From a virus, in the IMG/VR virus record IMGVR_UViG_3300035490_000323, positions 1 to 64,000 of that record: a stretch of DNA of 64,000 nucleotides; one strand, given 5' to 3'. Under the pieces are notes generated by a model. The model searched no databases. It was not told where the DNA came from and was given only the letters and a program-made list of their open reading frames with translations. Shown here piece after piece: positions 1 to 10,200 of this stretch. Position 1 is the first letter of the stretch, and each line of letters opens with the position of its first letter. A program made the position numbers and the translations under genes.

Positions 1-843
1 CATGATGTGGCGGTACATGTAGTGCTCAAGGGAGTTGCCGACCTCCGCCTGGCCGTTGCGCTGCTTCTGGGTGGTGCGCCCGTGGTTCCCGGCGTGGCAG
101 ACCACGATGACCTCGTCGGCATCGGTCTCCTTGAGGAGGAAGTTTATCCCGCTGATGATGAGGTCCTCGACAAAGACGATGGCGTCCATGGGCAGCAGCG
201 TGTTGGTCTCCTTGTGCTCCTCGGCGCACACCATGTTGTTGATGAAGTCGCCCAGCAGCGCCAGGACGATGGTCGCTACCCTGGTGTCGCGGTTGGTTAT
301 CTCCCACAGCCTGTGGCCGCCCTGGAAGAACCTGACGGCACGCTGTTTGCACTCATCCAGGTTGAAGGAGTTGGCCTCCCCTACCTCCCCCGGCAGCACC
401 TCCTCCTCGGCATGCCAGTCGGAGCCTACCATGATGGCCGCGCTCTCGCTGGTGCCCGCTGGCTGCTTGGGCTGGATGTCGATGAGCTGCGGGGTGCGTT
501 CCGACAGCCCCAGGGCATAGGATAGCTGCCTCTCGGTGTCGGCTAGCTGCTTGGCCACGTGGTCGAACTTGCTGCGCAGGTTCTCGGCCTTTGCCTTGAC
601 CTTCTCCTTCTCTATCTCTACCTGCTCCTTGATGCCCAGCTTGGGCGCGGGCGGCTTGGCCAGGGTAGGCAGCTTGGCGGCCTCCATGAAGTCCGGGAAG
701 GTGTTGTAGCAGTTCCCCCACCTCCCCCGGAACGGGCTGTTGCTCCTGAAGTAGTCACGGCTCAGGGGCTTGCCGCCGTTCTCCTTGAACAGGCGCTTCG
801 CCTCGGCGATAAGCTCCGTCTTAGTTGGCTTTTCCAGGCTCAT
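1..843 (-). CDS. Calcineurin-like metallophosphoesterase with N-terminal HNH-associated-repeat-like HTH (3' end truncated by window edge; absent from ORF track)
   Basis: Manual translation from ATG at 843: MSLEKPTKTELIAEAKRLF...VGSDWH...LLGDFIN...HAGNHGR (DxH, GD, GNH motifs); frame open to position 1. Confidence 0.8.
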   Translation of the reverse strand, partial: MSLEKPTKTELIAEAKRLFKENGGKPLSRDYFRSNSPFRGRWGNCYNTFPDFMEAAKLPTLAKPPAPKLGIKEQVEIEKEKVKAKAENLRSKFDHVAKQLADTERQLSYALGLSERTPQLIDIQPKQPAGTSESAAIMVGSDWHAEEEVLPGEVGEANSFNLDECKQRAVRFFQGGHRLWEITNRDTRVATIVLALLGDFINNMVCAEEHKETNTLLPMDAIVFVEDLIISGINFLLKETDADEVIVVCHAGNHGRTTQKQRNGQAEVGNSLEHYMYRHIM

Positions 844-1045
844 TGTTCTCCTCGTGCGGGGATGCGTGCCCCCGCTGTCCTTGCTTTGGTTGGGATGGGC
901 TTCCTCACTGATTAAGAGGCCGGTATTCACAGGACGGTGTAGCCTCCGGGTATACTGTTCCGCTCCTGGATAATCCTAACCATTCCTCTATCCCTGCCGT
1001 GTCCCATAATACCCGGAATTCCTGTCCCTTTAGCAGGGGAGGACC

Positions 1046-2281
1046 ATGGAGGCAGCACTCAGGGTAACGGCCAAGCTCCCGCAGCACCACTCGGCCCTCT
1101 ACCACGGCATACCCGTGGTCATAGAGTGGCCCAAGGGCAGCGTGCGCGAGGGCAAGGGCCCGGACGGGAAGCCCTGGCGGCGGACGATGAACGCCGACTA
1201 CGGCTTCATCGACGACACCGAGGCCAAGGGCGACGAGGAGCCGCTGGACATCTACATCGCCTCCGGCGACTGGGCGGAGGGTGCCGACCCCAGCAACCCC
1301 AAGGTATACATAATAGAGCAGTTGGACGGCAAGGGCGACTTTGACGAGTACAAGCTGGTGGCAGGGGTGCCGGACCTGGAGACCGCCCAGGAGCTTTACC
1401 TCTCCCACTACCCCAAGGAGTGGGGGCAGGACAGGCTGGGGGACTGCTACGAGGCCGCCCTGGACAGCCTGAGGGGGAAGGTCGAGGAGCACCAGGGGGA
1501 GACCAAGCAGGCAGGGGAGCGCCATGGCGGGCCAGTGCCTACAAGGGAAGAGGCGGAGAAGGTACGCAGGTTCCTTCAGGAGCGGATTGGCCCCTCCGCA
1601 AAGGTGATGGTGGTAGGCTCTACGGCCGGGGGAACACAGGGCCCGGGCTCCGACATAGATATCCTCCTGATGCCCCCCGAGGGGGTCAATGTCAACGACT
1701 GGTGGATTGAGGAGCCCCTGAACATAGAGCGGGCGATGACGGAGATGGGGTATAGGTTCGACCATTCCCCGATGACGGCCGAGGTGCAGTGCGAGGTCTA
1801 CCAGCACAAGGCAACGGGCATAGAGGTAGACCTGTTCTATGGGGAGCCGTGGAAGGGTGCCTCCATCTGGAAGCAGGGAGAGGAAAACATGGACAGGAAA
1901 ACAGCAGGCGAGGAGGCAAGGCTCCTGGAGTCTATCCGGGGCACGGACAAGGACATGGCTGGGTCGAAGCTGTCGGGCTTCTGGCACGATGGCCCGGCGA
2001 CCTGCATGGACTGCGTCCACAGGACCCCCCACTCCCAGAGGAAGGACGGCACGCAGGCAGACTCCTGCAAGCACCCCGTGGTCATGGCGGACCCGGAAGT
2101 CCAGGACAAGAAGCTACCGGACGGTACTATAGAGGTCGATGCCGACGACTGGTGCAGGTTCGCCAGGAAGCCCCAGAAGGGGGGCGGGGACGAGGAGAAG
2201 GCCAGCGGCCAGCCCGAGAAGCCTCCCCGCAAGGCGAGCATCGGCTCTATCTACATGAAAGTACTGGGCTCTATGGACTAG
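1046..2281 (+). CDS. Polyvalent protein: phage inorganic-pyrophosphatase-like domain + minimal nucleotidyltransferase + Cys-rich C-terminal domain
   Basis: IEWPKGSVREG...ADYGFI...DIYI...FDEYK (InPase-like); VVGSTA...SDIDIL (pol-beta NTase GS..DxD); CMDC...CKHP...WCRF; GGAGG RBS upstream. Confidence 0.75.
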   Translation: MEAALRVTAKLPQHHSALYHGIPVVIEWPKGSVREGKGPDGKPWRRTMNADYGFIDDTEAKGDEEPLDIYIASGDWAEGADPSNPKVYIIEQLDGKGDFDEYKLVAGVPDLETAQELYLSHYPKEWGQDRLGDCYEAALDSLRGKVEEHQGETKQAGERHGGPVPTREEAEKVRRFLQERIGPSAKVMVVGSTAGGTQGPGSDIDILLMPPEGVNVNDWWIEEPLNIERAMTEMGYRFDHSPMTAEVQCEVYQHKATGIEVDLFYGEPWKGASIWKQGEENMDRKTAGEEARLLESIRGTDKDMAGSKLSGFWHDGPATCMDCVHRTPHSQRKDGTQADSCKHPVVMADPEVQDKKLPDGTIEVDADDWCRFARKPQKGGGDEEKASGQPEKPPRKASIGSIYMKVLGSMD

Positions 2282-2327
2282 GGAGCAACCCTCCGTCAGG
2301 CAGTAACATCCACTAGGAAGGTGCAGG

Positions 2328-2618
2328 ATGGGCGGCAAGCCTAAGGGGGTAACCATAAGGGGGGTAAGGTTCCGCCCAGGGGAGGTGGACTGGGAGGATG
2401 CCCATGGCGTCTCCAGGGACGCCCTTCCCGACTTCGATGCCATCCGCAACGGCGCTACCGGCTTCGTAGGGGCCAAGATAACCTCCGCAGGCCTGATAGG
2501 CAAGGTAGGCAACTACCTTATAGTCATCACGGAGTATGACGCCGGTGACCTGGAGTCCACGGAGTTCGACTACACCCTCATCCCGCTCCGCCCCAAGACC
2601 GCAGTCCGCTACCACTAG
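2328..2618 (+). CDS. Small hypothetical phage protein (VxWxDA type)
   Basis: 96-aa ORF, phage-like codon usage, EVDWEDAH motif. Confidence 0.6.
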   Translation: MGGKPKGVTIRGVRFRPGEVDWEDAHGVSRDALPDFDAIRNGATGFVGAKITSAGLIGKVGNYLIVITEYDAGDLESTEFDYTLIPLRPKTAVRYH

Positions 2619-2705
2619 GCATCTCCTAGACTTTCCATTTCTTAACCAGGGGGCACCCTGGCCGCAAGGAGGCACCCCCATACCTTTGGCGTGCAAGGGC
2701 AACGG

Positions 2706-4634
2706 ATGTCCCCGAACCTTAACCCGCTCCTGATACCCAGAAGAAGGGCAGCCCCGCCGCCCGCTGGCCCGCTGCCGGGGTTCGTGCCCCTGGGCTATGA
2801 CTCCAAGACAGCATGGGAGGAAGTCTCCCTCTCGGAGCCTGCATACCACCTGCTCGGCGGCATCCTGGAGAGCGATAAGGACATAGCGTCCTGGCTGTCC
2901 AACGAGCAGGCGGAGGACGCCCCTGCCATCATGGGCCTCCTTTCCGGCAAGAGGATAGCCGTCATAGACATGGTCCGTGTGGCCTATGACAGGAGGGGGG
3001 AGGGGCTCGGGGCCAAGGCATTCAACCGCCTCCTGTGGAGGGCCAGGCGGGCCAAGTGCGATGCCATACTCCTGCTGTCCGGCGTCTATGAGAAGCAGCG
3101 TAGGGGCTTTAACATAACCAAGTTCTGGGAGGCAAGGGGGTTCGAGAGGATAGGGCAGACAGTCGGGGCAGTGGACAAGGGCGAGAAGCCCCGTAAGCTG
3201 CCCCTTATGGTACGCTGGCTCAAGCCTCTTCCCAAGACCGCCAAGCTGATAGAGTACGGCCAGCTCAAGAACATCCTCAGCGAGCTGATGGCGGACGTGG
3301 AGGGTAACCTCCCCACGCCTGACCTCAGGATTGTAAGCCATACCCGCCCTACCTGGGGGGGAAGGTGCCTGTGGACGCTCGGCAACCCCAACACTGTAAT
3401 AGAGATACAGAAGTCCGTCACCGCCGACGAGAGGAGCTTCCGGCGCATCCTGGCCCACGAGCTTTGCCACCACGAGCAGTACCTCGTCTACTGGTCCGTG
3501 TACACCCCCCGGAACTTCAAGTTCATGACCAGACTGGAGGGGGGGCACGGCAGGGTTTTCCGCAAGATAATGGACAGGTGGAACGCCAGGCACGGCAAGG
3601 GCTTCGTCACCGTCACCTCGGACAAGGACATCCTGTACGAGTTCGAGAGCAAGCCCTTCTTCGTCTTCGTCCAGCGCTTCCTCGGCGGCCGCCCCATATG
3701 GCAGGCCTCCATCCGCCTGACCGACAGGCAGCTCAGGTTCATGTCCGGCAAGAGGCAGGGGGACTACAAGCTGGTCCAGACCGACGACCGCAGGTTCATA
3801 AACGCCCCGGTGATAGGCTCCGGCAAGGGATGGCAGTACATCCCCGTGGAGGAGCACGAGTGGGAGGAGGCCGCCATCAGGCTATGGGAGCAGCCCGACC
3901 TGCGCATGCGGTGGGACGCCAAGCCCCCCGCCACCAAGGAGGAGGAGCAGGCGCTCCAGAGGCAGAGGGACGAGGAGGAGAGGGAGGCCCGCAGGAGGCG
4001 CTACGAGGAGCTGGCCGCCAGCATAGGGAGGCACGGTATGCCCCCCACCACGGCAGCCAGCAGGGACACCGCCCCTACCCCCGAGGTCCTGGAGGAGGCG
4101 AGGCAGATAAGGGCGGAGGAGAGGGAGGGGGACAGCAGCAGCGCCCAGCTCATGGCGGGCAACTGCGGCAATACCGCCACGGCCGCCGCCGACAGGTTCG
4201 GCTGGGACATAGAGTCGGGCATCTACATCCACGAGGGCAGGGGGCAGGACCATACCTGGAACATCCTGGCGGACGGGACGGTAGTGGACATATCCCATGA
4301 CCGGTTCGGGGAGCCGGACATCGCCGTCGCCAGGCCGGGCACCACGGAGCACGCCCGCTACCACCCGTACTGCTGGGCCTACAAGCCCCAGGAGGAGGCG
4401 GACGCCTGCCCGGTGTGCAACCCGCCTGGCGCGATGGCCAAGGATATGGCCAAGGCAGGGGACTCCCACAAGCAGACCCCGCACAGGGAGAACGAGTTCC
4501 CCGACCTGGACGAGGGCGAGGCCGTCGGGGGGTACGGTACCCAGCCCGAGTGTGTCGAGGGCAACAGGACGGGTCTGGGCATCGAGGAGCTGGCGAGGCA
4601 GGTGGAGATGACGGAGGTGCTGGATGGGACATAG
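2706..4634 (+). CDS. Polyvalent protein: GNAT acetyltransferase + SprT-like zinc metalloprotease + papain/transglutaminase-like domain
   Basis: RRGEGLG (GNAT motif A); ILAHELCHH...GGHGRVF (SprT HExxH + HG); GNCG...DHTWN...VVDISHDRF (C-H-D triad); start placed at ATG 2706. Confidence 0.75.
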   Translation: MSPNLNPLLIPRRRAAPPPAGPLPGFVPLGYDSKTAWEEVSLSEPAYHLLGGILESDKDIASWLSNEQAEDAPAIMGLLSGKRIAVIDMVRVAYDRRGEGLGAKAFNRLLWRARRAKCDAILLLSGVYEKQRRGFNITKFWEARGFERIGQTVGAVDKGEKPRKLPLMVRWLKPLPKTAKLIEYGQLKNILSELMADVEGNLPTPDLRIVSHTRPTWGGRCLWTLGNPNTVIEIQKSVTADERSFRRILAHELCHHEQYLVYWSVYTPRNFKFMTRLEGGHGRVFRKIMDRWNARHGKGFVTVTSDKDILYEFESKPFFVFVQRFLGGRPIWQASIRLTDRQLRFMSGKRQGDYKLVQTDDRRFINAPVIGSGKGWQYIPVEEHEWEEAAIRLWEQPDLRMRWDAKPPATKEEEQALQRQRDEEEREARRRRYEELAASIGRHGMPPTTAASRDTAPTPEVLEEARQIRAEEREGDSSSAQLMAGNCGNTATAAADRFGWDIESGIYIHEGRGQDHTWNILADGTVVDISHDRFGEPDIAVARPGTTEHARYHPYCWAYKPQEEADACPVCNPPGAMAKDMAKAGDSHKQTPHRENEFPDLDEGEAVGGYGTQPECVEGNRTGLGIEELARQVEMTEVLDGT

Positions 4635-7287
4635 CCCTGTTCCCGTTCCCAAGGAGGCGGTGGTGGGGCAGGTCTACCTCCTGCACTTCCTGGGGGAGGG
4701 CCTTGCCCACGGGGCGCAGGCCCGCACCCGGCACTACCTGGGGTGGTCCGAGGACGCGGAGTCCCGCATAGCCCAGCACATGCGCGGCACCTCCGGTGCC
4801 AGGCTGATGGAGGTAGTGAAGGAGCGCGGCATAACCTTCACCGTGGCAAGGGTCTGGGACAACGTCACGAGGGAGTGGGAGAGGAAGCTGAAGAACGCGG
4901 GCGGCCTGAGCCGCTGGTGCCCCGTCTGCAAGGCAGAGGGCACCATCCCGAAGTCGCGCCAGAGGACGAGGGCCGAGGTGCCTGCACCGCCCCCTGCACC
5001 GCCTACAGGCCCGGACTACGCGGGGCCCGAGGAGAGGGCGGGGGAGGACTTCGGCAAGGCCTCCGCATCTCACAGGCTCCCCAAGGGCGTGCGGGTCACC
5101 GTCAAGAGGGAGCGTCTGTCCGGCGGGAGCGACTGGTACATAGGGCACATCTGGAAGGACTACCAGTACGCGGGCCACTGCCCCGTCTATTCCGAGCTGC
5201 CGTCCAAGGCCCGGGAGGCGGCCATCGACTGGGCATGGCAGATGTTCCCGGAGGAGCACCCTGGCGGGGAAAAGGTAGCCTATGACTACAAGCAGATGTT
5301 CCGTACCATCCTTTCCGAGCTGGGGGCCCTGGACAGGCTGGCGGCCCGCAAGGCCGACGTGGAGATAAGCGCCTGGGTAAACTGGGCGAAGCGCGTCCTC
5401 CAGAAGCGCGACAGGATAACCTGGTTCCTCCGCCTCGGGCAGCTCAAGTGGGCGGACTACCTCGCCGATGCCTACCAGTGGTACAAGAGCCCTGGCTCCA
5501 GGGCGGAGGAGGCCAGGAAGTGGAAGGAGTGGATAAAGGCCAAGGCACAGCAGGAGGAGCCCCCTGCTACCCCGGAGGGGGCAGTCTCGACCCACATGGG
5601 GGCTGTCATGGCAAGGCTGGAGCACTACCTCAGCCTCCCCATCCCCGAGATACAGGGCACCGTCTTCCTGCGCCAGCAGCCAGGGGAGATACTGGACAGG
5701 TTCCATAGGCTGGAGAAGGACTGGAGGGACAGGCAGTCCCACCTCCTGAGGCCGCACCCGAGGGACGAGGGCAACGAGGCGGACGAGGGGGACGAGATAG
5801 TCCTGGAGTTCCCTGACGGCTGGGCATGGTGGAGGCTAGGCAGGTCTTACTGCCCCGAGGAGGCCCGTGCCATGGGCCACTGCGGGAACGAGGCCGCCGG
5901 GCCCGACAGGCCGGACGACCGTATCCTGAGCCTGAGGCATAAGGTAATCGTGAACAGGGAGACCTTCTGGGAGCCCCACCTCACGTTCATCTGGGACGAT
6001 GACGGGCTGCTCGGCGAGATGAAGGGCAGGGGGAACGAGAAGCCTGCGCCGAGGTACCACCCCTATATCGTTGCCCTGCTCGAACGCAAGGACCTTGTCT
6101 TCGGGATAAAGGGCGGGGGCTACCTGCCGGGGAACAACTTCTCCCTGGAGGACCTGCCCCCGGAGCAGCAGGAGAGGGTGAAGAAGGCCAACCGCAGCCT
6201 GGTCAGCGCCTCGGAGATGTACAGCGAGTCCCGTGGCAGCATGACCGACGAGCTTCTCCAGAGGATTGCGGACAGGACCGTGCTCAGGAAGGACCAGTGG
6301 AGGCCGGAGGAGGAGGCCTTCGTGGTGGATAAGTACGCCAACCCGGAGTGGTTCATATCCACGGAGGGCAGCCCGTGGCTGGAGGCCCAGATGATGCTGG
6401 CCCGTGGGGGGTTCGGCAAGCACCCCAACCACCAGGTCGTGGAGGAGGGGATAAGGGACCTGCTCTCCGTCCTGGACGACAGGGAGAGGAGGGCGGTGCT
6501 GGAGAGGATGCCCCCGATTCCCGGGCCGCCCCTCCTCTCCCGTGCCCCCAGCCCCGATGCCCCCTGGCGCAGCGAGGACCTGCCCTCCCTGTTCATGGAG
6601 GAGAGGAACGACCATGCCCTGTGGTCGTACCTCAGGGGGGCGACACGGATACTCAGCGCCCCCGAGCAGCAGGGGGAGTACGAGAAGCTCTGGGGGATAC
6701 TGGCCGCCGCCTGGGAGGCAGGCATCACCAGGGAGATGCGCCAGGCGGCCCTGGACAGGGTAAGGGGCTTCCTGGGCAACAACAGGCGGAACAATGTGCG
6801 CACCAACGATGCCTCCAGGGTAGCCTTCCCGGAGGCCAGCGACCCGGACTTCTGGAGCAAGCCCGTCCTGGTGGAGGTAAGTATCCAGGACGCCGTGCAT
6901 CTTGCCTCCCCCTTCTCCCATGAGGAGTCAGGGTACTCCGGGGGCGAGGACACGGCCATCTACATCGACGACTACTGGGAGACCAGCCACGGGGCCGTCC
7001 TGTACGATGCCAGCGCACCCTACAAGAAGCTCACCCTCCCCTCCGACCAGAAGAGGGACCTCGACCTCAAGATGGACAGGGAGTCCGAGGGCAGGGAGGG
7101 CAGGTCGGTCAGGCAATGGCACGAGGACTTCCTCAGGGGCCGCCCCTACGAGTACCTGCGCTGGCTGCGGGAGGAGGTACCGGCCATCTTCGAGCAGGAG
7201 ATGACGCCGGAGGCATGGGACGAGGGGAAGGCCAGGGAGGCCCTGATGGTGATGCTCCCCAGCCTCCGCTCCCAGGGGAAGGGCTAG
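4624..7287 (+). CDS. Polyvalent protein: GIY-YIG nuclease + PcfJ-like module
   Basis: VYLLHF...HYLGWS...RIAQH...GARL...ERKLK...WCPVC (GIY-YIG); EARAMGHCGN...ILSLR...EPHLTF...EMKGRGNEKP (PcfJ-like). Confidence 0.7.
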   Translation: MGHSPVPVPKEAVVGQVYLLHFLGEGLAHGAQARTRHYLGWSEDAESRIAQHMRGTSGARLMEVVKERGITFTVARVWDNVTREWERKLKNAGGLSRWCPVCKAEGTIPKSRQRTRAEVPAPPPAPPTGPDYAGPEERAGEDFGKASASHRLPKGVRVTVKRERLSGGSDWYIGHIWKDYQYAGHCPVYSELPSKAREAAIDWAWQMFPEEHPGGEKVAYDYKQMFRTILSELGALDRLAARKADVEISAWVNWAKRVLQKRDRITWFLRLGQLKWADYLADAYQWYKSPGSRAEEARKWKEWIKAKAQQEEPPATPEGAVSTHMGAVMARLEHYLSLPIPEIQGTVFLRQQPGEILDRFHRLEKDWRDRQSHLLRPHPRDEGNEADEGDEIVLEFPDGWAWWRLGRSYCPEEARAMGHCGNEAAGPDRPDDRILSLRHKVIVNRETFWEPHLTFIWDDDGLLGEMKGRGNEKPAPRYHPYIVALLERKDLVFGIKGGGYLPGNNFSLEDLPPEQQERVKKANRSLVSASEMYSESRGSMTDELLQRIADRTVLRKDQWRPEEEAFVVDKYANPEWFISTEGSPWLEAQMMLARGGFGKHPNHQVVEEGIRDLLSVLDDRERRAVLERMPPIPGPPLLSRAPSPDAPWRSEDLPSLFMEERNDHALWSYLRGATRILSAPEQQGEYEKLWGILAAAWEAGITREMRQAALDRVRGFLGNNRRNNVRTNDASRVAFPEASDPDFWSKPVLVEVSIQDAVHLASPFSHEESGYSGGEDTAIYIDDYWETSHGAVLYDASAPYKKLTLPSDQKRDLDLKMDRESEGREGRSVRQWHEDFLRGRPYEYLRWLREEVPAIFEQEMTPEAWDEGKAREALMVMLPSLRSQGKG

Positions 7288-10200
7288 ATGGAGAAGCTCT
7301 CCTACGACTACATGGAGATGTTCAGGGGCATACTCTCCGACTTCCCCGGCCAGCTAGAGCACCTGAGGAGGGAGGTCAAGTGGGCCAAGACCCTCCGCAA
7401 GCAGGACCGCATCACCTGGTTCCTGCGCTGGCTCAGGATAGCGGTATACGACGGCATAGCCCTTACCCTGCACGGGGACAGCGACCCGGCCAGGAGGGAG
7501 CTGTCCAGCAAGTACGCCCGCCTTATGGCCGCCGAGATGCAGCGGATAGGCTGGTCCGACAGGGACATGCTCTACATCAGCCTGCACAGCGCAAAGGACA
7601 GCATCGTACACTTCCTGGGCATCCCCTCCCCTGCCATCCAGAACCTTGTCTGGGGGAGGCAGACCCCCGCACAGCTACTAGGCAGCTTCGAGGAGGCGGA
7701 GAACGACTGGAAGGGGGCGGACAGCGACAGGGCGCTCGCCCCGCACGAGGACGACCAGGTAGCCCTGAGGTTCCCCAACGGCTGGGCGTGGTGGCTGCTG
7801 GGGAGGGGCTACTGCCCCGAGGAAGCCAAGGCGATGGGGCACTGCGGGAACGTGGCAGGGAGGGACCTGCCGGGGCAGCGCATCCTGAGCCTCAGGCGTC
7901 CCGTCAAGGGCCCGGGCGGCCGGGAGGCCTGGGAGCCCCACCTTACCTTCATCCTGCATATTGCCCACAAGGCGCTGGGCGAGATGAAGGGGCGCGGCAA
8001 CGAGAAGCCTGCCGCCAGGTACCATCCCTACATCGCTGCCCTCCTGGAGAGCCCCGTGGTGGAGGAGATATGGGGCGGGGGGTACCTGCCCGAGAACAAC
8101 TTCAGCATGGCGGACCTGCCCAGGGACGTGCAGGAGGGCCTTGTCCAGAAGAAGCCCGCCCTGATGACCTTCAGGATGAGGCTGGCGAAGGAGGGTGCCC
8201 AGGGGCCGAGCGAGGAGCTGGTCAGGGACATCACCTGGAAGCTGAGCATGGGGGCTGACGACTGGTCGCCCAGGCTGCGGGCGTTCAGGATAGGCACCTG
8301 GAAGAGCGCCATAGACTTCGCGGGGCAGTTCGGCACGGAGGAGACAAGGCAGGTAATCCAGCTTGCGCTGGACGGGGAGGGCATACCGACCTCCTCCGAT
8401 ATGGGGGAGGACGAGTATGTCCTGGAGGCCCTGAGGGCCCTCTCCCCCGACAACCTGAAGAGGGTAGTAGACTACACCCGCTGGACGGACCCCAAGGCGC
8501 TGGAGTGGTGGGCCAAGAACCGGGGCAACCCGGATACCCCCGAGGGCATCGCCCAGATGATAGGGAGGATGGACCTTCCCAATATCAGGACGAACCTCTA
8601 TAGCTGCTGGTACAGGGGGATGAAGAACGGCACCGTCTTCCAGCTCCTCCATGCCTGCTGCAACGAGATAGAGAAGCTAAACCCCGTCACCCCGGCAAGC
8701 ACGGAGCTGGCATGGGGAGACCCGTCCCCCAGGGCCGTCCAGACATATACCCGCAGCCCGGACAGGCTCCTCCTGGCAACGCCCCTCTGGGAGACCGTGC
8801 CCCTGGAGTTCGCCGCAGCCGTGGCCGACGACGAGGAGAAGGACCCCAGGGAGATGCCCTACAGGTACGAGGAATGGTCGGGGCTAGAGCTGAAGGCTCC
8901 CCCGGACGGCTGGGGGGACTTCAGCAAGAGGACGGTGAACGAGGAGGCCAGGTTCTTCTTCCATACCGGGGACGGTATACCGGAGCAGCTTGCCAGCCTG
9001 GATATCGCCAAGGTAGCCTATGACTACATGGAGATGTTCCGTGGCTTCCTGGCAGACTTCCCGAGGTTCCAGCCCACGGTGACCAACACCATAAGCTGGT
9101 GCAAGCGGGTCCTCAGGAAGCGCGACCGCATCACCTGGTGGCTGAGGCAGATGCGCCTCTTCTGGTACAACCTGGTAGCCGACAAGGCCTCGGCCTGGCG
9201 CTATGCCCCTGCGACAAACTGGCCCGCCACGGAGGTTCCGGCCGACAACACGGCCATGATAGCGCTGGCAGACAAGTACCAGGCGCTCTTCGACAGGGAG
9301 GTGCGCTCCCTGGGTCCCCTAGGGCTCGCTGACCGGTCGAACTACCTGGACCTGGGGATGTTCGCCAACTCCAACCAGAGCACGATGGAGCACCTGCTCA
9401 GCCTGCCCGTCCCAGAGATACAGAACCTCGTGTGGGAGAGGCAGACCAAGCAGGAGCTTTTCAGGACCCTCCTTAACTACGAGACGAAGTGGAAGGAGGA
9501 GAGCAAGGGGGTCCTCCGCCCCCGCCCAGGGGACAGGCCTGTCATTACCTTCGGGGACGGATGGGCATGGTGGCTCCTCGACCGTGGGTACTGCGAGGAG
9601 GAGGCCCGTGCCATGGGCCACTGCGGGAACGTCAACGGGCAGAACCGCCCCTACGAGCGCATCCTCAGCCTGCGGAAGTCGGTGCGCAGGGGGGGCACGG
9701 AGTATTACGAGCCGCACCTGACGTTCATCCTCGACACCCGCGACAGCTCCCTGGGGGAGATGAAGGGCAAGGGTAACAACAAGCCCGCCCCCCAGTACCA
9801 CCCCTATATCCTCAGGCTCCTGGAGAGCGACATAGTGAGCAAGGTGAAGGGCGGGGGCTACCTGCCGGAGCATAACTTCAGGCTGGGGGACCTCAGCGAG
9901 GAGCAGCGGGAGGAGCTTGCCCAGAGGAAGCCCTCCATGGCCGCCTTCTATATCCGCCTCAAGAGGGAGGGCCCCAGCCCGGCCCTGATAGCCGACATCG
10001 GCAGCGCCTTGCAGGTAGGGGGCTGGGACCCCGACCTCCAGGGGTACGTCATCAGGCAGTGGGAGAACATGTCCTCCCTGGCCGAGGACATAGGGAACGA
10101 CACGGCGAAGTGGATAGCCAAGGTGGTGGGGGGCGGGGAGTTCAACCGACATGATAGCCCAGACTTCGAGTACGGCGACCGCTCGGAGGCCATGAAGATG

